Source of the DNA: Natronolimnobius sp. AArcel1
GTDB lineage: Archaea; Halobacteriota; Halobacteria; Halobacteriales; Natrialbaceae
Reading direction: 5' to 3'
Length of the DNA: 24,000 bases
Assembly: GCF_011043775.1 (NCBI RefSeq)
Contig: NZ_JAAKXY010000001.1
Location: 263,617-287,616, forward strand
Shown in pieces: positions 16,595 to 23,100 of the stretch. Made by a program: the position numbers and the translations under genes. Below the pieces are notes generated by a model. The model made no database searches, had not been told where the DNA came from, and saw only the letters and a program-made list of their open reading frames with translations. Positions within the stretch are counted from its first letter, which is position 1. Each line of letters opens with the position of its first letter.

Positions 16595-16942
16595 TCCATC
16601 ACATTCGATACAATTCTCGACCTATGTGGGGACGGGCACCGTCGTATTGTCCTTGCGATACTCTCGGCAGAACAGCGTTCGTTGACCGTGAATGACCTCC
16701 GGTCAACAATTCTCACCTATAATCATCATACGCCAGTTACCGACGCTTCTGAAGCGGTACTAACGGAAATTCAGATCGCGCTACACCACACGCACATTCC
16801 AAAGTTAGAATCAGCAGGAGTCATCGAATACGACTCGGAGCGCCAACTCGTGGAACCGACAGAACAGTTCGACCAGCTACAGCCCCATCTATCTGCGATT
16901 TTCAGTACTGATCCAAATCTTGACGAACCAATTGAATTGTGA
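16583..16942 (+). CDS. Small haloarchaeal winged-helix protein (ArsR-like; I recall this family as DUF7344)
   Basis: RRIVLAILSAEQRSLTVNDL followed by LHHTHIPKLESAGVIEYD is the signature HHxHxPKLxxxGxIxYD of a large haloarchaeal paralog family. The protein is acidic. GC is lower than in the flanking genes. Confidence 0.7.
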   Translation: MSETSITFDTILDLCGDGHRRIVLAILSAEQRSLTVNDLRSTILTYNHHTPVTDASEAVLTEIQIALHHTHIPKLESAGVIEYDSERQLVEPTEQFDQLQPHLSAIFSTDPNLDEPIEL

Positions 16943-16963
16943 GTTCATACAGGCGACTCTCTA

Positions 16964-16968
16964 TTTTT
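16964..16968 (+). terminator. T5 run, candidate archaeal terminator for the winged-helix gene
   Basis: ctaTTTTTcaat lies 22 nt after the TGA stop at 16940-16942. Confidence 0.3.
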
Positions 16969-17089
16969 CAATATGGCGCGTGAATCACTTTACTGGTGTC
17001 TGAATAGAGGTACAATCAATAAGCACACGTAGTTACCGGATTGCTCAATTCGGTTTTACGAACAATTCTACATACAAAACCCGTACTAC

Positions 17090-17303
17090 TATAGTAACAA
17101 CTGCAACTATTTATCCACGGATCGCACAGTTCACGGCTCGCTTCGCTCCCCGTCTGCTCACGGCGCGAAGCGCCGTTCGCATGGTATGCGAGACCGCTGG
17201 TCTCGCACTCTTCGTGTGTCCGCGGTTCTCGCTCACTTCGTTCGCTCCGAACCGCACTCCCGTCGTGCGATCAGGTGCGCATTGACTTGCAGTGGCTACT
17301 ATA
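17090..17303 (+). repeat. Palindromic element copy A (long hairpin with a 137-nt apical insertion)
   Basis: The left arm tatagtaacaactgcaactatttatccacggatcgcac (17090-17127) pairs with the right arm gtgcgatcaggtgcgcattgacttgcagtggctactata (17265-17303). The arms are roughly 80-85% identical by eye to copy B in the same orientation. Confidence 0.75.
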
Positions 17304-17333
17304 ACTACTGCTACCGATGCGTCAGCGAACCGC

Positions 17334-17354
17334 CCGCGATCCGCGATCCGCGAG
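17334..17354 (+). repeat. Tandem heptamer CCGCGAT x3 (last copy CCGCGAG)
   Basis: Read directly from the sequence: ccgcgat ccgcgat ccgcgag. Confidence 0.8.
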
Positions 17355-17769
17355 CCAGCAAGTCCACTGGCTGTGGCAGTGCTGATGGCTGATAAAATCG
17401 CTTCGGCTCCGTTGATTCATGTGTCTCGAGCGTCCCTGGCTGTGGACGGCGAGCACACAGCTCGATTGCACCCCGTGATTCCCTCCCCACTGGTTGCATT
17501 CGCTCGGTAATTTGCGATAGCTATTCATGAACGTTGTGGTACTCGATACCGACCAAGATGATTCGGTAACCACAGCTGCAAATGTACCTTTTTCCGCCTC
17601 GGGATTCCTCGCTTCGCGAGGAACCGCTCGGCGCAAAAATCTACGCTAAAAAGGCCGCTCGCTCCCGATGGTCGCTCGCGGGTGCAGTGTTTGTGCTTAA
17701 CCGCAGTGGTAATTGCACCGCCTATACTTGCCACCGGTTTCACGGATAATTCTGACTAAAGAAACGCAC

Positions 17770-17853
17770 TATAGTACCAACTGAAACTGTTTACACACCA
17801 ATCGCACAGCCCTCGTGCGATTGGGTGTGCACTGACTTTCAGTGGCTACTATA
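17770..17853 (+). repeat. Palindromic element copy B (84-nt imperfect hairpin, 7-nt loop)
   Basis: tatagtaccaactgaaactgtttacacaccaatcgcac [agccctc] gtgcgattgggtgtgcactgactttcagtggctactata. About 33 of 39 arm positions can pair. It ends 7 nt before the stop codon of the convergent Dna2-like gene. Confidence 0.75.
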
Positions 17854-17860
17854 CTAACTG

Positions 17861-20584
17861 CTATCCCTGTGCCCACTCGAGCATCCGCTTATAAACTGGC
17901 TCGCTCGCTAGCGCGGTCCCGTCGCCGACGAGTACGAGTGCGCGCTTTGGGCGCGTCAGCGCGACGTTGATCCGACGATAGTCCTCGAAAATCGGCCCCT
18001 CGAGCGTGCCCGTCGCGGTAAAGGAGACGATGATGACCTCCTGACTCGAGCCCTGGAATCGGTCAACAGTGTCGACCGCCACGTCCTCGGGGACGTGCTT
18101 CGAAATTTCGGATACCTGGGCACGGAACGGCGCGATAACGCCAATATCCGTGCGCTCGAGGCCAGCCGCTTCGTAGGTCTCGATCAACTCGGCGATACGG
18201 GCGGCCTCCGCGCTGTCGGTGTAGCGACTGCCGTCGCCCTCGACGTCGACGAACGTGACTGGATCGTGCAGAGAGTCGGGAAGGGCGTCTCGAGAGACAC
18301 CCTCGAGATCGTCGAGCGTCCGGGCTGCAACCTCGGGTTCGGCTGGGCGCAACTGGCCGTCGTAGAACTCGCTCGAGGCGAAGGCCTGAATCCGCTGGTT
18401 CATGCGGTACTGGCGGTCGAGCATGACGCCCGCGTCGGGGTGCAAGTCGATGAGGCGTTCAAACAGCGACTCCGTGAGTTCGTTTTCGGCGCGGACGACG
18501 GGCGGCAGCTGCTCGTGGTCACCAACGAGGACGAACCGCTCGGCGAGATTGATCGCCGCGTGCGTGCCGGGTTCGGTTAGCTGGGCGGCCTCATCAACCA
18601 GCGCAACGTTGAACTGCTGTTCTTTCATGATGCGAGAACCACAGGTAGCCGTCGTCGCCGCGACGACCTGTGCGTTCTCGAGTTCAGCGAGACAATCTTC
18701 GGGTTCGCCCGACCGCTCTAAGCGATACGGTTGCATGTCGTCGCGAACGCCGCTTTCAGAGCCGACGCGGACGACGCGGTCCGACTCGAGATTGTCACCG
18801 AGTTGCTCGAGGACGGCCTCCAAGGCGTTGTCCACAGCCCGGTTCGTAAACGCCGACAGAAGGACTCGCTCCCCGCGTTCGACCATCGCGCGGATGGCTC
18901 GAGCGATGGTGTACGTCTTTCCGGTACCTGGTGGGCCGTGGATCAGCGCGCAATCGTTTGCGCCGACAGCCTTCGTGACGGCCTCGTTCTGGCGGTCGTT
19001 GTTGTCGATGAACGTCTCCTCGATGGAGTCAAACTCGGGCTCGGCACGGCCGAACAGCACGTCTTTCCGGCGTTCGTTGCCCTTCAACAGCGCGTCATGG
19101 AGCGCGGCGAGCAGCCGATCCGTGGTCAGTTCGGAGGGATAGACGTCCAGCCTCGAGACTTCGACCGGCTCGTCGGCGGTCAGTACGACCGCATCATCCA
19201 GTCGCTCGATCATCGCCAGTTCGGAGTTGCCACGGACTGGATGCCCGTCGCTCGCCAGCACGAGGTCGCCCTCGCGGAGCTTTGAGGTCGCGCCACCCTC
19301 GCGTGTCGCGCGTAGTTCCCAGCGCCCGCCCTCGAGTTCGGACATCTCGCTGAACTCGAGGTCGATCAGCGCGCGGTCGTCGTCGGCGCGTTCCTGGGCG
19401 TCTTGCTCCCAGAGTTTGGCGTACTCGCGGTGGACTTCGCGGCGTTCCTCCTCGATGGCGCGATAGAATCGGTCGAAGTACTCGCGTTCCTCCTCGGGGA
19501 GTGGCGTGCCGATCTGGCCGGCTTTTGACTCCTGGTTGAGCCGTCCGGAGACGACCATGCAGGTGTCTTGCTCGAAACAGTACTCGCACTTGGCTGAGCC
19601 TTCATAGCCCGTGGGGACGCCCTCGGTCATCTCCATCGCCGCAAGTTCGTTGCGCAATCGGACGACGAATTTGAGCAGTCCCTGGCCCATCGAGAAGTCC
19701 TTTGCCGGCGTGAGGTCGCCAGTTTCTTCGTTGCGATCCAGCGCGGAGTTTTTCGTATAGAGTAGCGTTCCCGTGTCGATGTCGCCACCGCGTTCTTCGA
19801 GCAGCAGGGCATAACAGGCCGCCTGCACCTTGTCCTTGAATCGGGGCTCCTTTTTGAGGTTCTTCCCAGTCTTGAGTTCGACCGGCGCGCCCCGTCGAAT
19901 CGCGTCGGCTCGCCCGCGGATACCGAACGTCTCGCTGATGAGTAGTTGCTCAGACCGCCAGGAATCATCTTCAGTCAAACGCCCTTGCTCGAGCCAGCCC
20001 TCGATTGCGCCGGCGTTCTCGCGAACGTCCTCGGCGACGGCCTTGGGCGACTCACCGAGCAGGCCGAGTTGCAGACCGCGTTCCTCGACGCGCGCGTCGA
20101 TGGACTCCTCGAGATCGCGCCCGCGAAGCAAGTCGCCGAAGACCTCGTGGACGAGCGTCCCTTTTACGACCGGATAGTTCAGCGGCACCCCGGATAGTTT
20201 GTTCAGGTAGTAGAGGCGCGGACACTCCACCCAGTTGCGGATCGAGGTCACGTTGACAAGAAAGCTCGGCTCGACGACGACGTAGGACTCGCCCGTCGTC
20301 TTGTAGCGCTGTTCGCCCTGATACTCGTCTTCCGCTACGTCCATGACCAGCAACTCCATCCCGGGCTCGAGCAGCTCGGCCGATTCGGTCCACTTGTTCC
20401 AGCACGTGACCGTGGTCGGCTCGTGTTCCTCGCCGTCGGCTGGGGCTGTCGAGGCGTGGACCGACTCGATATCGCTTGCGACCGTGTCGATCCGCAGCGG
20501 TACCTCGGCCAGATCGCTCTCGCCGTAACTCGTCGACACCGACCGCACCTCGACGTCGCCCGCGACGGTTCCGCGTATGTGCAC
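17861..20584 (-). CDS. dna2: Dna2-like nuclease-helicase: N-terminal OB-like segment, Cas4/RecB-type 4-Cys PD-(D/E)xK nuclease, SF1B (Upf1/Dna2-like) helicase
   Basis: Nuclease: WVECPRLYY, GRADAI...VELKTGK (D...ExK), QAACYALLL (QxxxY) and CEYCFEQDTC, giving Cys-X(n)-CxxCx5C. Helicase: IHGPPGTGKT, VDEAAQ, LVGDHEQLPPV, LDRQYRM, TVDRFQGSSQEVIIVSF and RRINVALTRPKRALVLVGD. The start codon is GTG at 20584. Confidence 0.85.
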   Translation of the reverse strand: MHIRGTVAGDVEVRSVSTSYGESDLAEVPLRIDTVASDIESVHASTAPADGEEHEPTTVTCWNKWTESAELLEPGMELLVMDVAEDEYQGEQRYKTTGESYVVVEPSFLVNVTSIRNWVECPRLYYLNKLSGVPLNYPVVKGTLVHEVFGDLLRGRDLEESIDARVEERGLQLGLLGESPKAVAEDVRENAGAIEGWLEQGRLTEDDSWRSEQLLISETFGIRGRADAIRRGAPVELKTGKNLKKEPRFKDKVQAACYALLLEERGGDIDTGTLLYTKNSALDRNEETGDLTPAKDFSMGQGLLKFVVRLRNELAAMEMTEGVPTGYEGSAKCEYCFEQDTCMVVSGRLNQESKAGQIGTPLPEEEREYFDRFYRAIEEERREVHREYAKLWEQDAQERADDDRALIDLEFSEMSELEGGRWELRATREGGATSKLREGDLVLASDGHPVRGNSELAMIERLDDAVVLTADEPVEVSRLDVYPSELTTDRLLAALHDALLKGNERRKDVLFGRAEPEFDSIEETFIDNNDRQNEAVTKAVGANDCALIHGPPGTGKTYTIARAIRAMVERGERVLLSAFTNRAVDNALEAVLEQLGDNLESDRVVRVGSESGVRDDMQPYRLERSGEPEDCLAELENAQVVAATTATCGSRIMKEQQFNVALVDEAAQLTEPGTHAAINLAERFVLVGDHEQLPPVVRAENELTESLFERLIDLHPDAGVMLDRQYRMNQRIQAFASSEFYDGQLRPAEPEVAARTLDDLEGVSRDALPDSLHDPVTFVDVEGDGSRYTDSAEAARIAELIETYEAAGLERTDIGVIAPFRAQVSEISKHVPEDVAVDTVDRFQGSSQEVIIVSFTATGTLEGPIFEDYRRINVALTRPKRALVLVGDGTALASEPVYKRMLEWAQG

Positions 20585-20791
20585 GACTATGGCTCACGAA
20601 CCGAGCCAGCAAAAACGCTACTGGTCGGCCGCCGCGCGAGCAGGCTGGTATTTCCTCTGTCCAACACGTTCGCGCCCAGCAAATCGTTCGACTGCGTCGG
20701 TCTGTGTAATCTCGTCTTACTCACCGTGATGGGCGGCCGATCACCGAAACGGTCGCCCTCGCTTTTGAGAACTCGAGGGCAAGCGGCGTCT

Positions 20792-21370
20792 ATGAGTAAC
20801 CCGTCCGACGACCGTCATCGGGAGACGGACACCGACGCTGATTCGAGACACGACGAGCAGACAGACACAGCGAGGGAGCCGTCCGATGAAGCGATGGTCT
20901 CCGACGTCGACTCGGAAACCGGCATCGGCGACAATCCCCAAATGGACGAACGCGACCCGGGAGATGATGGGACGCTGATCGCCTCGGAGGAGCGGCGTCG
21001 GAACACCCCGATCGTCAGCGCAATCGTCGCTGTTCTGGGCGCATGGGTTGCACTCTCCGTACTGGTCTATGACGTGAGCGGTGCGACACTCGGGAACAAC
21101 GTCCTCGTCGGTGCAGTCGTGTTCGTCGCTGCGAGCTACAACTACTACCGCCTCGCGAACGATATTCCGCTAAGCGTTGGCGTTGCCTCGCTGGTCGCCG
21201 TCCTTGGCATCTGGCTCATCATCTCTGCCGCGCTGTTCGAGATGATCGGTGGCATGTTCTGGAGTACGCTCGCCACCGGCCTGCTCATCGCTGGCCTCTC
21301 CGGGTACAACGCCTATGAAGCCCGCGACGCACGAACCGTCACTGATGCAGAGCTTGAGAGCGGCTCCTAA
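20792..21370 (+). CDS. Membrane protein with an acidic N-terminal tail and four TM segments; resembles SPW-repeat proteins with a degenerate motif
   Basis: MSNPSDDRHRETDTDADS... is followed by two repeats of the form LG.W..xS...(x)...N/W..L..G......YN.Y (AVLGAWVALSVLVY...NNVLVGAVVFVAASYNYY and AVLGIWLIISAALFE...WSTLATGLLIAGLSGYNAY). The start is ambiguous: the ATG at 20729 is also in frame but adds a basic leader. Confidence 0.6.
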   Translation: MSNPSDDRHRETDTDADSRHDEQTDTAREPSDEAMVSDVDSETGIGDNPQMDERDPGDDGTLIASEERRRNTPIVSAIVAVLGAWVALSVLVYDVSGATLGNNVLVGAVVFVAASYNYYRLANDIPLSVGVASLVAVLGIWLIISAALFEMIGGMFWSTLATGLLIAGLSGYNAYEARDARTVTDAELESGS

Positions 21371-21381
21371 CACCCCTGTCC

Positions 21382-21621
21382 TTAGATCTCTGCCTCGAGT
21401 GTTCGAAGTCGATACTCGGCGGCGTGATGTCGGAGTGCAACGACAGCAAAGCCAAGAATGCCGACTGCAAAACAGAGCGCGACGACAGGTGAGACGCCGT
21501 TGACGTAGCTGTTGAGCACCTGTCCAATCGCGAGCACTAGTGGCCCAACTGTGAGGAGACACGTCGTCGCTGGCGTCGCACGAAACAGTTCAGCAATTGA
21601 GATAGGGTGGCGGGTAGACAT
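21382..21621 (-). CDS. Small (79 aa) two-TM membrane protein, hypothetical
   Basis: MSTRHPISIAELFRATPATTCLLTVGPLVLAIGQVLNSYVNGVSPVVALCFAVGILGFAVVALRHHAAEYRLRTLEAEI. The part of track ORF 21382..21912 upstream of this Met is Ser/Arg/Pro-rich and overlaps the divergent gene. Confidence 0.5.
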   Translation of the reverse strand: MSTRHPISIAELFRATPATTCLLTVGPLVLAIGQVLNSYVNGVSPVVALCFAVGILGFAVVALRHHAAEYRLRTLEAEI

Positions 21622-21748
21622 GTCGAAATCGTCGGTTACGCGTTGTGTCGGGGGACCCATCGTATTCCTTTTGGTTCCTGCCCTGACTGGGCATCCTGGT
21701 TTTCGTCCGACCGATACGTTCATTCCGACTGCGTCCCAACCGCCGCTC

Positions 21749-22303
21749 ATGCGGATTCGTGAGTGGCAGGACATACTCGAGGACGTCACTGACCGAGCTG
21801 TTGACGCCGAAGACTGGCGGGCAGTTGCCGGTGACCGCGCCGGTGGTGTCGGCGAAGACATGTATCTCGCACATCCTCGCGCAGGGGTCTTTTTCCTGAA
21901 AACGTACGCCAAAAATCCCTACGAGGTGCGCGGCGTCGGCACGCGCGTCGCCCGAAATTTGGACGACGAAATCGGCTCGTTCCTTCCGAATCAACAAGAC
22001 GCCGGCGGCCGCTTTGCCGTCCAATCCCCACCGGAAGACGAGTCCCACGCCGACTCCATCTCGAAGCGACTGCAGACCGTCCTCGAGACCCATGCGGACG
22101 CCCCAACCCGGCCACAGGATCTCTTTGATGACGTCATGGATGCCCTCGAGAGCCCAGCGTTCGGGCCGATGGAGTACGATCAGTACGACCGCCCCGACGA
22201 ACTCGAGAAGCTTGCCGAGCGATTCGAGGAGGCAGACGACCTGCTGAATGCGGAACTCGAGGATCTGATCGAAACGGACGAAGTCGATCGCGGCTTTATG
22301 TAG
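21749..22303 (+). CDS. Acidic cytoplasmic hypothetical protein
   Basis: MRIREWQDILEDVTDRAVDAEDWRAVAGDRAGGVGEDMYLAHPRAGVFFLKTYAKNPYEVRGVG... has a strongly acidic, halophile-typical composition with good GC3. The start is chosen at the first Met after the non-protein-like leader. I recognised no family. Confidence 0.65.
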   Translation: MRIREWQDILEDVTDRAVDAEDWRAVAGDRAGGVGEDMYLAHPRAGVFFLKTYAKNPYEVRGVGTRVARNLDDEIGSFLPNQQDAGGRFAVQSPPEDESHADSISKRLQTVLETHADAPTRPQDLFDDVMDALESPAFGPMEYDQYDRPDELEKLAERFEEADDLLNAELEDLIETDEVDRGFM

Positions 22304-22364
22304 TGTGGGCATGCTGGCGACTGCGTCCGCTGGGTCTATACGAATCGCACCCGACGACTCACCA

Positions 22365-22799
22365 ATGAGCGAGTCACCAGCGGCCGTCGTCCGCGCGTAC
22401 TACGACGCGCTCCGGGCAGGCGAGACACTCGAGGACTATTTTCTCGAGGCCGAAACCGACGCAGAGAGTGCGGCAGACGACACAACGACGGTCAAGTTCG
22501 GCATCAGTGAGGCGCTGTTTGGCTACGACGCAGTCGCCGAGGCGCTTCAGGAACAGACGGCGACGACGGATTCGTGGTCACTCGAGAGTACCGATCTGGT
22601 CGTTAGTGAATACGACGGCGTTGCGACGTTCGCGGACGAAGTGGCGATGGCTTGGACGGACACCGAATGCGGCGACCGCAAGCGCTTCGAGACGCGCTGG
22701 AGCGGCACGTTGGTGCCTGCTGACTCGAGCGAGGACGCCGAGTCATACCCAGACTGGCGCTTCGTTTCGATGCACGTCAGCACCGCGGAGGCGCTATGA
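22365..22799 (+). CDS. NTF2/SnoaL-like fold protein (tentative)
   Basis: The N-terminal AAVVRAYYDALRAGETLEDYF is the usual opening helix of SnoaL/NTF2-like proteins. The protein is about 144 aa and acidic. The start is at MSESPAAVV. Confidence 0.55.
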   Translation: MSESPAAVVRAYYDALRAGETLEDYFLEAETDAESAADDTTTVKFGISEALFGYDAVAEALQEQTATTDSWSLESTDLVVSEYDGVATFADEVAMAWTDTECGDRKRFETRWSGTLVPADSSEDAESYPDWRFVSMHVSTAEAL

Positions 22800-23095
22800 G
22801 CGACGAGCGCGGGCGGACGTTCGGTCAGAAACGCGAGCGCACTCAGGACACTCGAGAGCGCGATCGTGGCGGCCGGAATCGCCGGCGACGAGGCCGTCGC
22901 GGCGCGAGCGCACGCGATCCCGACATCACGGGCCGACGACAACTCGGTGCCGGATTCGTCGTCCTCGTCGGCCTTTCTGGAGGCCTCATGGCGATTCAGG
23001 GCGGCGCTCCGCTCGAGGTGATCGGTGCAGTGACGCTCGGAAGTTTCCTTCTCGGTGGCGGATTATTGTGGTATCTGTCCCGAATTATGGGATGA
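22796..23095 (+). CDS. Small (99 aa) membrane protein with an extremely Arg-rich N-terminal tail and two TM helices
   Basis: An ATGA overlap joins it to the preceding gene. Sequence: MSDERGRTFGQKRERTQDTRERDRGGRNRRRRGRRGASARDP... then LGAGFVVLVGLSGGLMAI and VIGAVTLGSFLLGGGLLWYL. Confidence 0.5.
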   Translation: MSDERGRTFGQKRERTQDTRERDRGGRNRRRRGRRGASARDPDITGRRQLGAGFVVLVGLSGGLMAIQGGAPLEVIGAVTLGSFLLGGGLLWYLSRIMG

Positions 23096-23100
23096 CGACC

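Noticed and set aside
17083-17316. Interpreting hairpin copy A as a MITE with a 5-bp target-site duplication (ACTAC on both sides of TATAGTA...TACTATA)
   Set aside because: Copy B lacks a matching duplication (cgcac versus ctaac). The sequence similarity between A and B continues past the palindrome on the right (aactgcta[t]cc), so element borders cannot be defined. No transposase is present. I kept it only as an alternative explanation in the hairpin finding.
17186-17743. Four 62-104 aa ORFs inside the 918-bp spacer
   Set aside because: They have basic, Cys/Arg/Ser-rich composition and no GC3 bias. They run through the repeat and hairpin elements. None is preceded by a convincing promoter.
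10725-20584. The idea that the two large helicases (Lhr, Dna2-like) plus the methyltransferase and HTH genes form an anti-phage defence island
   Set aside because: Both helicases have the full architecture of the conserved housekeeping archaeal Lhr and Dna2 repair proteins. The methyltransferase is a small-molecule type-11 enzyme, not a DNA methyltransferase. No restriction, Argonaute, CBASS, retron or toxin-like partner is present.
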